A DNA stretch of 64,000 nucleotides from a virus. The notes beneath the pieces are model-generated. The model was not told the origin of the DNA. It made no database searches and saw only the letters and a program-made list of their open reading frames with translations. Shown one piece after another: positions 1 through 10,305 of the stretch (position 1 is the first letter of the stretch; each line of letters begins with the position of its first letter). Location of the stretch: IMG/VR virus record IMGVR_UViG_3300032214_000801, positions 6,270-70,269 of that record, one strand, 5' to 3'. Both the position numbers and the translations under genes were made by a program.

Positions 1-1353
1 ACCCTCAGCGAATGGGTTTGCAACCATTCCGTAGCGAGTCTTAAATCCGATTTTTGGCTGGAAGCTGTTCTCACCAACGGCACGAACCATTTGGAGAGGA
101 ACATAAGGACAATAGAATAGTCCTGCGTCATAAGGTGAAGAACCCTTATAACCAACAACGTAGTACTGGTTTCCAGGAGTTGTGTTTCCTGAAGTCAGGT
201 TAGCTGCATAAGGATCGATATAAACACGATACTTACCTTGGAGAACACCTGCGAAGGTGTTGCCAGTGTCATCAACGGTTAGGTTAGCGTTGAGTGCAGG
301 GGTGTAATCAAGTACGCCAGCCATGGTTAGAGCTGAAGCAACGTCTGCCGAGCAGATGATGGTGTTGCCCTTGCCACGACGAGTTCTCTGAGCGATTGCG
401 TTAGCATCACGCTCAATTTGGAACAGAAGACCCTTGAACTTCTCAACACTCCAACGTCCGTTGGAATCAACGTCTAAGTCAAATACACCAGCAGTTGCAG
501 TGTTTTGAACAGCGCCTTGCTCAGCAACCTTATAGATGGTTCTGATAACTTCGCGGTTGATTTCAGCAAGAATCTCAGTTGAGAGAATGTTTGCTAATTC
601 CGCTTCAGCGTTCAGACCGTGGATTGCCTTGAGATCTTGAGCGAGTTCTAGTGAATACTCAGCTTTCAGAGCTCTTGACTTAGCGGTAACAGTGACTTTC
701 TCGATCGAGAATGCCATCTGGTTGAATGCATCTGCACCCGTACCATCAAGATTTTCAGCTTGATCAGTACGCATACCCTGACCAACGTTATATGGTGAGG
801 GGTTGGTGGTTGCAGTTCCAACTGGGTTTAGAACTGAAGGATTAGTACCTGACTGAGCAGTAGTACCGAAACCAACAGAACCATCCGAGAAACCATCGCT
901 ATTGTCGCGTCCAGCAGGTTGTCCGGAGAATGCAGAATCTACTTCGTTGTAGAATGTTTCCGTACCACTCTGGTTGGTATAGCGTGAACGCATTGCGAAG
1001 ATGAGTCCAGTAGGACCACTCATTGGTTGAACGCCTGCGATGTCATAGGCGATCAGATTAGGCATTGAACGTCTGATCAGTGAGATCAGAACGGGATCGA
1101 AACCTGCGGTAGGACCACCTGCAGAAGCGCCGCCACTGAAACCAGCATAGGTGCCGGATCCGGTGCTCATTGTTGGAGCTTCTGTAAGGAATGAACCTGA
1201 GGTTTCAAAAGAAGATTGTTCTCTGAGGAACTTTTCTTGGTTCTCTAGCAGGACTGCGGTTACAGCTCTTCTGTGCGAATCTTTGATTGAATCAAGACCC
1301 TCATAGTTGAGGAGAGGTGCCCACTTTTCCTGCAATTGCTCTGAATGGAACAT
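1..1353 (-). CDS. gp23: Major capsid protein (3' end outside window)
   Basis: Not in the ORF track. Manual translation from ATG at 1353: MFHSEQLQEKWAPLLNYEG...AVLLENQ...FLTE/APT...GFDPVLISLIRRSMPNLIAYDIAGVQPMSGPTGLIFAMRSRY, the hallmark T4-type gp23 sequence; follows gp22. Confidence 0.97.
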   Translation of the reverse strand, partial: MFHSEQLQEKWAPLLNYEGLDSIKDSHRRAVTAVLLENQEKFLREQSSFETSGSFLTEAPTMSTGSGTYAGFSGGASAGGPTAGFDPVLISLIRRSMPNLIAYDIAGVQPMSGPTGLIFAMRSRYTNQSGTETFYNEVDSAFSGQPAGRDNSDGFSDGSVGFGTTAQSGTNPSVLNPVGTATTNPSPYNVGQGMRTDQAENLDGTGADAFNQMAFSIEKVTVTAKSRALKAEYSLELAQDLKAIHGLNAEAELANILSTEILAEINREVIRTIYKVAEQGAVQNTATAGVFDLDVDSNGRWSVEKFKGLLFQIERDANAIAQRTRRGKGNTIICSADVASALTMAGVLDYTPALNANLTVDDTGNTFAGVLQGKYRVYIDPYAANLTSGNTTPGNQYYVVGYKGSSPYDAGLFYCPYVPLQMVRAVGENSFQPKIGFKTRYGMVANPFAEG

Positions 1354-1406
1354 TTGCGTTTACCTTTGTAGTGTGACTGTTTGCGTTTGAATTATATTAA
1401 ATTCAA

Positions 1407-2567
1407 TTATTTGCTAAATGATGAAAGTGTTTTCAGATAAGCAGCCATTGAACTTGAGACGGACTCATGAGCAACACTTACTCCCTCTGAAAGAGTTTCA
1501 GTCTTAGCAGATGGAGAAACTCCTCTAGATGGGAAATATGCTTCCCTTAGAGTCTCCAGTTTTTCACGATATGCTTCTTCACTTTCAAACTCAACACTTT
1601 CGGCAAGTGAAGCGAGCTTGTCTTTCTGAGTGTCTGCAAGACCTTCAGAAACTTGATCTAAGATTCCTTCTGCAACCGACTCTGCGAGACGCTTGTTTAG
1701 GGAAACGTTCTTCTCAATTTGCTCGTTGAGTTTTGTCTCCATGTCATCAAGTTTTTCTACCATACTCTCTAGTACATCATATTTCTCTTCAGGGATTGTT
1801 ACATAATGTTCTTCAAAAAGACTCTTCATTCCTTGTAGGAATGATTCAGTCATTTCGGTCTTAAGACCTTTTTCAATTACGAGTGAGTTTTCTGTAACCC
1901 ACTCATCAGAAACATACTCTAGATAGGAATCAACTCTTTCTTGAAGTACAGATTTGATTTCTTCAACTTCCTCTGCTAAAGCAATGGAATATTGCTCTTC
2001 TAGAGATTCCTTAATTTCAGAAACTTTAGTTCTTAGAGCAGCTTCAAAAATGGTTTTTGCTTTCTCTTGGAACTCTTCTGAAAGTTCTTCACCGGCAAGA
2101 AGAGCATTGACATCTTCTTCGATGTCATATGATTCTTCCATTTCCTCTTCGTCTTCTTCGTCTTCTTCTTCCTTCTTACCTTTTTTCTTGCCGCCCTCTT
2201 CTTCCTCTTCTTCTTCCTTAGCTTCGGCAACTACTTCATCTTCATCAATCTCTTCTTCGATGAAATCTTCATCGTCGAGTTCTTCTTCTTCTTTCACGCC
2301 TTTCATTGCTTCAGCAGGCTTTGCTCCCTTATTGACAACATCTCTTACTTGCTTAAGAGTTGCGCCAGGAGTCTTCAGTTTTGCTGAATCATCAGTTGAC
2401 TTATAGTTTGAAGGATCGGGTCCTCCAAGATCTTCCCACCCTGCTGTTTGACCTGGTGTTGAACCAGATAGACTTGGCATTGCGTCCGCTGCCTTTGCAT
2501 TTGCATTAACAGCGGTTTTGGATTGCTTAGTGCCTACTTCCATTTCTTGTAAATCTCCACGAGACAT
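1407..2567 (-). CDS. gp22: Prohead core scaffolding protein
   Basis: Acidic coiled-coil; LSEEFQEKAKTIFEAA and VDSYLEYV..EW motifs; lies between gp21 and gp23. Confidence 0.93.
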   Translation of the reverse strand: MSRGDLQEMEVGTKQSKTAVNANAKAADAMPSLSGSTPGQTAGWEDLGGPDPSNYKSTDDSAKLKTPGATLKQVRDVVNKGAKPAEAMKGVKEEEELDDEDFIEEEIDEDEVVAEAKEEEEEEEGGKKKGKKEEEDEEDEEEMEESYDIEEDVNALLAGEELSEEFQEKAKTIFEAALRTKVSEIKESLEEQYSIALAEEVEEIKSVLQERVDSYLEYVSDEWVTENSLVIEKGLKTEMTESFLQGMKSLFEEHYVTIPEEKYDVLESMVEKLDDMETKLNEQIEKNVSLNKRLAESVAEGILDQVSEGLADTQKDKLASLAESVEFESEEAYREKLETLREAYFPSRGVSPSAKTETLSEGVSVAHESVSSSMAAYLKTLSSFSK

Positions 2568-2622
2568 TTGAACTCTCCGATTAACCTCGAATTTAATCTA
2601 TATTTATTTATAATTTAATAAA

Positions 2623-3276
2623 TTACAGTGAATTTAAAAATTCATTGAATAATTCAATCTTATGCTCTTCTAGACGTTTTTGATCTACAAGAGTATTAAT
2701 TCTTCTTTGGGCTGCTTGTGCTACCTTTTCTCTTAGCATTCCGCCATCCCAAACCCATTCCTTTCCTTCCATGATTCCTTGAACAAAAGCATCAGGTGCA
2801 GAAGGATCTGCAACAATATCAGCAGCAGTTGCTAACATAAAGTCTTCACCAACTTCATTATAACCTTCTTTAGTTGGCTTTACCGAACCAATCCCTCTGG
2901 AAGAAACTCCCAACGTCACTCCTTCTTTAAGAAGAGACTCTGCAATTTTTCCCATGGGGGTTGAAAGAATTTGTGCCTTACCAATAAAATTATTACCTTC
3001 GCGACGAAGTGAAACAATTTTATGAGAAACGCGATCAAGATTTACTGTAGGACCATCAGGATGTCCAAGTTCTCCAAGAGCACGACCTTTATTCACATAT
3101 TGCTCAGTATATCTTTTAACTTCTCTTTCCATCACTGGAAGACGATATACTCTATTATTTCTATTTGGTTGTTCTGTTTGGAGAAAGGGACCTTGAATGT
3201 ATAGAGTTTTTTTCCCGTTTACATTCTCAGTAATAACTTCTACTGATTCAATTTCTTCGGTAATGAGTTTCATCAT
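2623..3276 (-). CDS. gp21: Prohead protease
   Basis: NRNNRVY, ALGELGHP, GVSSRGIGS and DIVADPSAPDAFV motifs of T4 gp21. Confidence 0.96.
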   Translation of the reverse strand: MMKLITEEIESVEVITENVNGKKTLYIQGPFLQTEQPNRNNRVYRLPVMEREVKRYTEQYVNKGRALGELGHPDGPTVNLDRVSHKIVSLRREGNNFIGKAQILSTPMGKIAESLLKEGVTLGVSSRGIGSVKPTKEGYNEVGEDFMLATAADIVADPSAPDAFVQGIMEGKEWVWDGGMLREKVAQAAQRRINTLVDQKRLEEHKIELFNEFLNSL

Positions 3277-3836
3277 GCCTGTCCTGAGATTTGTACTTGT
3301 TGAGCATAAACAATTCCACCACCACCTTCAGTTCTTGCAGCCAATCTGTTTGACATTGCCAGAGATGCTCCAGCAGAAGATCCTGCAGAAGAAAATGCTG
3401 TTATAATGCCACTAGAATTATAACCAAGAACTATTCTTGATTGGTAGTAACCATTTACGCCAGAAGAAGTATCTACTGAGGTAACTGGAACATGAACAAA
3501 ATTATAGTTTGAATCATTTGCCCCAGTTAACGATACATAATCCCCAACACCAAATGGTGATTGAGTTCCTTCAGCAAAATCGATAATAGTTGTAGTTCCT
3601 GTAGTTATTCCAACAACTCTATTCGATGCTTTTGTCATCGCAAGAGTTACTGAATTTCCTACAGGAATATAATAGTCTGCAGTTGTAGCAGTTGGGTTAG
3701 CTCCAATCGCTACAAATGCACCTGCAGATACAGCAGTAACTCTCATTACGTTCGATTGAACAATAAAGGAGGTTGTCATTCCCGAGGCGGCACTTATTGA
3801 GAGTGAAATGCCAGCACCAACTGGTCTATGCGCCAT
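3273..3836 (-). CDS. Hypothetical, probable virion protein
   Basis: 187-aa beta-rich ORF with its own late promoter (3861-3867), inside the head operon. Confidence 0.7.
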   Translation of the reverse strand: MAHRPVGAGISLSISAASGMTTSFIVQSNVMRVTAVSAGAFVAIGANPTATTADYYIPVGNSVTLAMTKASNRVVGITTGTTTIIDFAEGTQSPFGVGDYVSLTGANDSNYNFVHVPVTSVDTSSGVNGYYQSRIVLGYNSSGIITAFSSAGSSAGASLAMSNRLAARTEGGGGIVYAQQVQISGQA

Positions 3837-3873
3837 TATTTTTACAGTTCATTTAGTAATTATTTATTAATTT

Positions 3874-4026
3874 CTATTCTTCCTCAGAATCAAACATCGA
3901 TTGTGAAACCAAAGGACGCATTGAATCTATTTTTTCGGCAGATTTTGTGAATAATAATTCTTTAATCTTGTCGCTAATCTGAGATGGAGACTCATCAGTA
4001 GCAATCATATCTAAAAGATCATCCAT
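3874..4026 (-). CDS. Small acidic protein downstream of portal (gp67-like position)
   Basis: Manual ORF MDDLLDMIATDESPSQISDKIKELLFTKSAEKIDSMRPLVSQSMFDSEEE (50 aa); late promoter at 4054-4060. Confidence 0.7.
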   Translation of the reverse strand: MDDLLDMIATDESPSQISDKIKELLFTKSAEKIDSMRPLVSQSMFDSEEE

Positions 4027-4056
4027 TATTTTGAATATTTAAGAAACTAAAAATAT

Positions 4057-5769
4057 TTATATCATGCCCCCCTTGGGCATTTCAGCAGCTTTTCCATCTG
4101 CTTCTGTTGCTCCACCACCTTTAACACCATCAATATTTGGTTCCATTACAGGTTTCCCTAGGTCCATACCAGTAGGTTCTCCATTTTGTCCCATTCCTGG
4201 TTCAATTGGTAATCCTGTCATCGGATCAACTGGGATATTCGGATCTGGGATAGTACCATTTTTAATTTCTTTTGCAATAAGTTTATCTTGATCAACAATT
4301 TCTTCATCTGTTTGACGAAGAATTTTTCTGCGAACATAATCTTGAGAATAATATTTCCCAATGTATGGTTCTGCTTGAGCTACCATATTCAATCTTTCTG
4401 CCAATAATTCAGCATCTTTTAATTCCGCAAAATGATTGTCATAAAGGAAATCATATTGAATATGCTCATCCATCATTTGCCAATCTTCTGGCGTGATGAT
4501 ATTTTTTAGAATAAGTTGAGTTCTCAGCATATCACTAAACATTGCTGAGAATCTTTTTCTCAAACGAGCAACAAACTTACTGAACTTAACTTCATCGCGA
4601 AGAATTTCTGAAGAACGTCCAAGATTAAATCCACCTTCTCCACCAATTCTTGTTGTGGGAACATTTAAAGATCTATAGAGTTTTTCTTGGAAGTAATTAA
4701 TATCAGTAATTTCTCCTAGATTTTGTCCACCAGGAAGTGTAGAAATTTCTGTTCCTCTGCCACCTTCGCGTCTAGGAAGCCAGAAATCTTCTAACATACT
4801 CATAAATTTCTTATCATCACGAATTTCTCCAGTTGATGCATCATAAACCATCTTATTACGATAACGCATCATAACATCTCTAAGATATTGTTCTGCCTTA
4901 ACTTTAGGAAGATTGCCAACGTCAATGTAGAAAATACGACGTTCTGGAGCACGAGATAGTCTGTAGATAACAAGAGAATCTTCAATCATTCTTAGCTGAT
5001 TGAGAGATTTGATTGCTTTGTGGAGATATGATAGAGTTGATCCCTTATTTCTATCTACTAATCCAGATGTGCAGTATGTAATAGAATCTTTAGTGAATTT
5101 GATCCCACCAGTACCACCTAAAGAAGATGGATTGGTTGTAGGATATGTCATCTTTGGATTATATACAAAATATTCCTCAATTTCGGGGAATTCATAATCC
5201 ATTGGATCGTCAACGTTAACCCCAGCGAGTCTATATTGTTTTTTATCGTTTTCGGATTTTTTTTGTTGACGTACATAACGCATTTTCATTGCGTCAATGT
5301 ATCTTAATTCTTGGATTCCCTCTTGGGGATTTTTTAAATCTATTACTTTATGGTAATATAGTCTACCGTCAATATACCAATTTCTATAAATTTCGTGAGA
5401 TTTTTTATCAAAATCTAATAATTCTAAAATATATTTAAATTCTTCTCTAATCTTTTTCTTGACACTATCACTTGCATTAAGATTGGATAGTTCTATAGAT
5501 ACTGGACTATCATTTGTATCACTTACAATCGCTTCACTTACAATATCTTCAATGGCACTATCACATTCTGGGTGAAGTGCCATTTCGCGATATCTTTTAA
5601 TTAAATCAAATTCAGTTCTATAAACACCCTCAATATCAACATAGGATCCAAAAAATCCACTAGTTAAATAAAAATCAGACCCGTCCTCATTATTAGGTGG
5701 AACGGGTGATAGTGTTGAGGGGGATAAATTATCATCCTCCTCAATAGAAAAACCAAACAACTTTGCCAT
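4057..5769 (-). CDS. gp20: Portal vertex protein
   Basis: YRLSRAPERRIFYIDVGNLPK and EDFWLPRREGGRGTEI motifs, the g20 cyanophage marker. Confidence 0.98.
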   Translation of the reverse strand: MAKLFGFSIEEDDNLSPSTLSPVPPNNEDGSDFYLTSGFFGSYVDIEGVYRTEFDLIKRYREMALHPECDSAIEDIVSEAIVSDTNDSPVSIELSNLNASDSVKKKIREEFKYILELLDFDKKSHEIYRNWYIDGRLYYHKVIDLKNPQEGIQELRYIDAMKMRYVRQQKKSENDKKQYRLAGVNVDDPMDYEFPEIEEYFVYNPKMTYPTTNPSSLGGTGGIKFTKDSITYCTSGLVDRNKGSTLSYLHKAIKSLNQLRMIEDSLVIYRLSRAPERRIFYIDVGNLPKVKAEQYLRDVMMRYRNKMVYDASTGEIRDDKKFMSMLEDFWLPRREGGRGTEISTLPGGQNLGEITDINYFQEKLYRSLNVPTTRIGGEGGFNLGRSSEILRDEVKFSKFVARLRKRFSAMFSDMLRTQLILKNIITPEDWQMMDEHIQYDFLYDNHFAELKDAELLAERLNMVAQAEPYIGKYYSQDYVRRKILRQTDEEIVDQDKLIAKEIKNGTIPDPNIPVDPMTGLPIEPGMGQNGEPTGMDLGKPVMEPNIDGVKGGGATEADGKAAEMPKGGMI

Positions 5770-5807
5770 TATTAATATTGAACTTTTAGCTATTTATCTT
5801 ACTATTA

Positions 5808-6377
5808 TTAGTTCTGTCCGGAGAATGGAGTCCAGTATTGGACTTGGAATTCTACAGTAAACTCTTCAATAGTATCAGAACTGTCATAAGAAAGATCAAT
5901 TGCGGAAATATTGGTTGGGAAAATATCGTAGAATTTATACTGAGCAGCAACAGATAAATCGCCACCAAATGGAGTATTTCCAGTTGTGCTTGGATTTCTT
6001 GTAAGTTGCCTTACAGTAGCTTCCTTCATATATTCATTTGGATCTGTTGAACCACTTGCATCACCATATTGTGCAATTGATTGCATCCAACCTTCCATTG
6101 CTCTTCTAATTGCAAAATCTTCATCATTAATGACAGTTACTGTCCAAGTATCAAATGTTCTGTCGCCAGCAACTTTAAAAATTCTTCCTCTAAAAGGAAC
6201 ATCAATTGAAGCTACATTAGAAGCTGGTAATTGAGCAGCTTTACATAGAATACTAAAGTCCGAAGAACTATAGTTTCCTTGTCCACCTGGAACATCAGTT
6301 AGAATTACTTCAAAAAGATTAGGGCGGGCACCGCCCCCTCTTAATGTAGATTTAAAATCCTGGATTGTGTTTGCCAT
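5808..6377 (-). CDS. gp19: Tail tube protein
   Basis: GGARPNLF, AGDRTFDTWTVT and IEEFTVEFQ motifs. Confidence 0.95.
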   Translation of the reverse strand: MANTIQDFKSTLRGGGARPNLFEVILTDVPGGQGNYSSSDFSILCKAAQLPASNVASIDVPFRGRIFKVAGDRTFDTWTVTVINDEDFAIRRAMEGWMQSIAQYGDASGSTDPNEYMKEATVRQLTRNPSTTGNTPFGGDLSVAAQYKFYDIFPTNISAIDLSYDSSDTIEEFTVEFQVQYWTPFSGQN

Positions 6378-6408
6378 TTTTTTAATCCTCCTTTGTTTTA
6401 TCTAGAAA

Positions 6409-8589
6409 TTAAACTCTACCAGTCACTTCTTCAAACGCTACTCCAGTTCTGGTAGCAACGAATGTTAAAGTTACGTAGTTGATTGCTTTGGCTGGTTTCA
6501 GGAAGATGTCAGCTCTAAACTCATTATTATCAATAACATCGGGAGTGTTATTAGTCGAGTCGCAAACCACGTAGAACCCATATAAACCTCTCTTCGCTTG
6601 AATATCGCGAAGATATGGTTCAACAATATTCTTAAAGTTTGCTCTGGTTAATTCATCATTCAGTTCAAATAATTGCGCTTCTGCTGATCTTGCTAACGCT
6701 TGCTCAACTGTCAAGAATAAACGACGAACATTTATTCTATCAAATGCAGATGCATATCCTAATGCAGTCTTATCGCCATATAAGAGTGTTCCAATGCCAG
6801 GTTTGGTAACGATTGCATTGACTCTTACTGGATAGAGTTGATCTCTTTGTGCCTTACTTGGATTATACGCAAGTTTAATTGCATTGTTGATGATTCCTCT
6901 TTGCTGTCCAGCAGGAGAGAACCAAGGATATGCAATGATATTGGTGCGGCACATTAGTCCAGCAACGTCTGCATTACATGGAATGTAAACAAACCTGTTA
7001 TTGAATCTGTCATAAGTGTACTTATAACCACTATCAAATACTGCATATGATGAAGAGTTTAGTGGGCTGAAGTACTTGACAAGGTTAGTTGTCTGAGTAG
7101 TTGAGTTTGTTACTCCAATCAGATCTGATCTATGGGGTCCAACTACTGCAATGCAGTCTTTTCTTGACTCAGCGATAGAAATTATGAATTGTGCTTTTAC
7201 TTGAGAATCTGATTGAGTTGCACATCCAGGTCCCATAATCAAGTAATCAACTTGAATATCATCACTGTTTGCAAATAAATTATATGAGGTTGTCAGATCT
7301 CCAACTGCAGCAGTGAATCCATTAGTTGCTGAATAGTCAACACCACTAGTTAAAGTGTATGTTTTATTTCCAATTGCACTAAATGTTAGATCTTGGGAAG
7401 CTTGTCCCCAAAGTCCCTGAGCAATAGTATACTTTGTAAATCCTGCTGAGAATCCAGTTGCAACTGGAGAAGTTCCCCAATAAGTATCATCAGCATTTGA
7501 TGGATTTCCACCAGCAAAAACTTGAGATGAGAAATCTGCAAGATACTGCTTGTACCAGATTTTCTGTGGCGAATTTACAGCGGAAACTGTATCTTGAGCC
7601 TTAGAAAGTCCTACATGCTTTTCTAAGATTGTTCCCTTATTACCAGAAATTGTGCCATAATCATCAACAATCGCAATGTGCATACCATCATTTCTACCAT
7701 TTCTGTCTAAGACATACTTATTGGTAACTGGTTTTGGTGCAATCGATTTCCAGTAAATTACTGCGTTTGCCAATCCAAGAGTTTGTTGATCATACCAATC
7801 ATCTACTGCTGCTGGAGTAAACGTGCCAGCGATTCCTAAAGAACCATCAACAACTTTTACTGAACTTGAAGTTAAGAATGCGCCATAGGAATTTCCTTGT
7901 GCATAATCAATCTTCGTTTCTGTTCCTGCTGTAGAAACTCTAGATACAATTTTTACAGTAATAGAGTTTGCGTTGGTTGCAGTTGTAACTCCTGTGACGA
8001 TACCCTTTAGATATCCATCAAAAGTTCCACTTAGTCCAGGAATAGTAGCTGCTGACAATGCTGCAGTTACACCATAACCAACAACAGCTCCAATAGAAGA
8101 AGGAGTAGATGCTCCTAAACCTAAAATTTGATCTCCTAAATCGTCAATGAAACAGACTTTTAGGTTATTTGCCCAAGATCCTGGGTTCTTTGCTGCATAA
8201 GCAAAGTTTGTTGCTTCTGAATGGTTGGCACTGTAATCGTCATAATTGTCGATTCTGCCAGTACCAGTCAAAGTAGATGAAGCTGTGTTAACTCCAGCAT
8301 TAGCGTTTGCTAATGTTGTGCCAGCAGTTCTTACTACTTTAAGTACACCACCGTATGAAAGATAAGAAGCTGCGCTCATCCAATATTCATACTGAGCATC
8401 AGATGAAATTGGTTTGCCAAACGTTTCAATTAGTTGTTGCTCATTTTGAATGTCAATTGGGTAATCAACTGGTCCAATTGAGAAAGGTCCTGCAATTGCA
8501 CCAATGTTATCTAATACATTATCAGCTCTTCCTACCGTTAAATCAACCTCTCTCGTAAGTACACCGGGAGATAATTGAGGAGTCGCCAT
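6409..8589 (-). CDS. gp18: Contractile tail sheath protein
   Basis: N-terminal SPGVLTREVD; PWFSPAG, FDRINVRRLF and FELNDELTR motifs. Confidence 0.97.
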   Translation of the reverse strand: MATPQLSPGVLTREVDLTVGRADNVLDNIGAIAGPFSIGPVDYPIDIQNEQQLIETFGKPISSDAQYEYWMSAASYLSYGGVLKVVRTAGTTLANANAGVNTASSTLTGTGRIDNYDDYSANHSEATNFAYAAKNPGSWANNLKVCFIDDLGDQILGLGASTPSSIGAVVGYGVTAALSAATIPGLSGTFDGYLKGIVTGVTTATNANSITVKIVSRVSTAGTETKIDYAQGNSYGAFLTSSSVKVVDGSLGIAGTFTPAAVDDWYDQQTLGLANAVIYWKSIAPKPVTNKYVLDRNGRNDGMHIAIVDDYGTISGNKGTILEKHVGLSKAQDTVSAVNSPQKIWYKQYLADFSSQVFAGGNPSNADDTYWGTSPVATGFSAGFTKYTIAQGLWGQASQDLTFSAIGNKTYTLTSGVDYSATNGFTAAVGDLTTSYNLFANSDDIQVDYLIMGPGCATQSDSQVKAQFIISIAESRKDCIAVVGPHRSDLIGVTNSTTQTTNLVKYFSPLNSSSYAVFDSGYKYTYDRFNNRFVYIPCNADVAGLMCRTNIIAYPWFSPAGQQRGIINNAIKLAYNPSKAQRDQLYPVRVNAIVTKPGIGTLLYGDKTALGYASAFDRINVRRLFLTVEQALARSAEAQLFELNDELTRANFKNIVEPYLRDIQAKRGLYGFYVVCDSTNNTPDVIDNNEFRADIFLKPAKAINYVTLTFVATRTGVAFEEVTGRV

Positions 8590-8641
8590 GTTTTTCTCCT
8601 GAATCTCAGTTTATCTAAAAAATATTTATTAAAATCTTAAT

Positions 8642-10288
8642 TTACATATACTCCCACATGTATGATCGATCCCCATATTCGTCTAAAAACCATCTATCTC
8701 CATCATTATCAACAAAACTTTCATTATCTAATCCATCAGAAATAAATCCAAACGGTGACATGTCTTGCTCTATTTGATTTTTTTGTTCTTCATATAATCT
8801 CTTTCTTACGTCCTGATCCGTCAATTCTTTGAAATAGTCTTGTGCAACTAACCAAGCATATATTACCAAACACATTGCTAAGTCATCATTACACCCTTCT
8901 TCAGCTTCAAATGAATTGTGCTTTTGAATGAATGTTGTAAGTTCACTCATAATTTCATAATCATTGAATATGAGTTTATCTTCCTCAATCATTGTCTTCA
9001 GGTTGAGACACCCAACTTTTTTGACAGTTTTTGACATCTTAACGCCAAGTTGAGTCTTCTTTCCAGAAAATCCTTGTCCAACAATCTGTCCTGCCCTACC
9101 TCTCATAGAGCACATTAATAGATTATTATATTCCAAATCATATTGAAGAATGCTTGCTACTTGATCTCCAACATCATTGACTTCACATAAAATATATGCA
9201 CTATTATAACTCTTTGCTACATCGTAAATAATGCTTGGGAAAAGCATTGGCTTAATTTCATTATTTCTATACTTAGCAACTACTTTGTGGGGGAACTCTG
9301 TAATATCAGTTACGACAAACGCTGAGTAATCGCTCCCTACGCCCCTTGCAACGTCCACAGTGATGAGATAGTCGTGTTCTTCTATAACGTCTTGATAAAC
9401 GTCTAAACCCGCGCTACGTGTCTTAGGATGATCGTATACGAGGTTCCTGAGTTTGCTTGGTGCAATGAGGGTATCGACAGATCCTAGGAATTCGCACTCA
9501 AACTCAACTTTGAATTGCTGTTCACTAGTGTTTGCAATAGTTTGCGCTTTCCACTTCTCATCTCTACCAGGAACTTCACTCCAATGAACATCAGTGAAGA
9601 TATATTCATTTTTTCCCTTCTCAGCATCATGCCACATACGGTAGAAATGATTCATACCGTGAGGAGTTGAAACTATAATAACCTTAGTGCTTTTACCTGA
9701 AGTAATCGTGGGATATACTGATGCAAAGAATGAATCTGCAATATGATTCGGAACGAATGCAAATTCGTCCAAGAACAGAATATTGAATGACATACCCCGA
9801 ACAGCAGATGCTGATGTTGAAGCAGCCAGGATCTTAGATCCATTTTCTAGTTCAAGTGAACCCTTGTTCCAAGAAATAATGCCCTGTTGCATCCACTTGG
9901 GTAAGTTTTCATATGCAGTTTGAAGTCTATCAAGAAGTTCTCTTGCAGTTGCTGCTTTGTTTGCAAGAATACCAATATTCACATTATCGTTAAAAACTGC
10001 ATAGTGTAAAAGAAAAGATACCACAGTTGTTGACTTTCCAGTCTGTCTGGGCATCTTACAGATATTGAATCTGTGCTTGTGAAAATTATTAACTAGTTTT
10101 TCTTGAAATGGATACATCTCAAAAGGCATCAATCCGTGATCCAAAGTCACGATCTTGACATAATTTTTTGCAAAATATACCGGATCTTCTTTACATCTCA
10201 TAAACTCAAGAATTTGTTCTTGAGTGAATTCAATAGCAGTATTTGCTTTTTTTAAATTCGGATTACCAAGATAAACATCATCTGCCAT
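8642..10288 (-). CDS. gp17: Terminase large subunit
   Basis: Walker A PRQTGKST, Walker B LFLDEFAF, STPHG, RNase H-like DVARG and DDLAM. Confidence 0.98.
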   Translation of the reverse strand: MADDVYLGNPNLKKANTAIEFTQEQILEFMRCKEDPVYFAKNYVKIVTLDHGLMPFEMYPFQEKLVNNFHKHRFNICKMPRQTGKSTTVVSFLLHYAVFNDNVNIGILANKAATARELLDRLQTAYENLPKWMQQGIISWNKGSLELENGSKILAASTSASAVRGMSFNILFLDEFAFVPNHIADSFFASVYPTITSGKSTKVIIVSTPHGMNHFYRMWHDAEKGKNEYIFTDVHWSEVPGRDEKWKAQTIANTSEQQFKVEFECEFLGSVDTLIAPSKLRNLVYDHPKTRSAGLDVYQDVIEEHDYLITVDVARGVGSDYSAFVVTDITEFPHKVVAKYRNNEIKPMLFPSIIYDVAKSYNSAYILCEVNDVGDQVASILQYDLEYNNLLMCSMRGRAGQIVGQGFSGKKTQLGVKMSKTVKKVGCLNLKTMIEEDKLIFNDYEIMSELTTFIQKHNSFEAEEGCNDDLAMCLVIYAWLVAQDYFKELTDQDVRKRLYEEQKNQIEQDMSPFGFISDGLDNESFVDNDGDRWFLDEYGDRSYMWEYM

Positions 10289-10305
10289 AATAAACTCCTT
10301 TTATA

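Noticed and set aside
2130-2300. TTC/TCT-rich simple repeat
   Set aside because: It simply encodes the poly-Glu/Asp/Lys linker of gp22.
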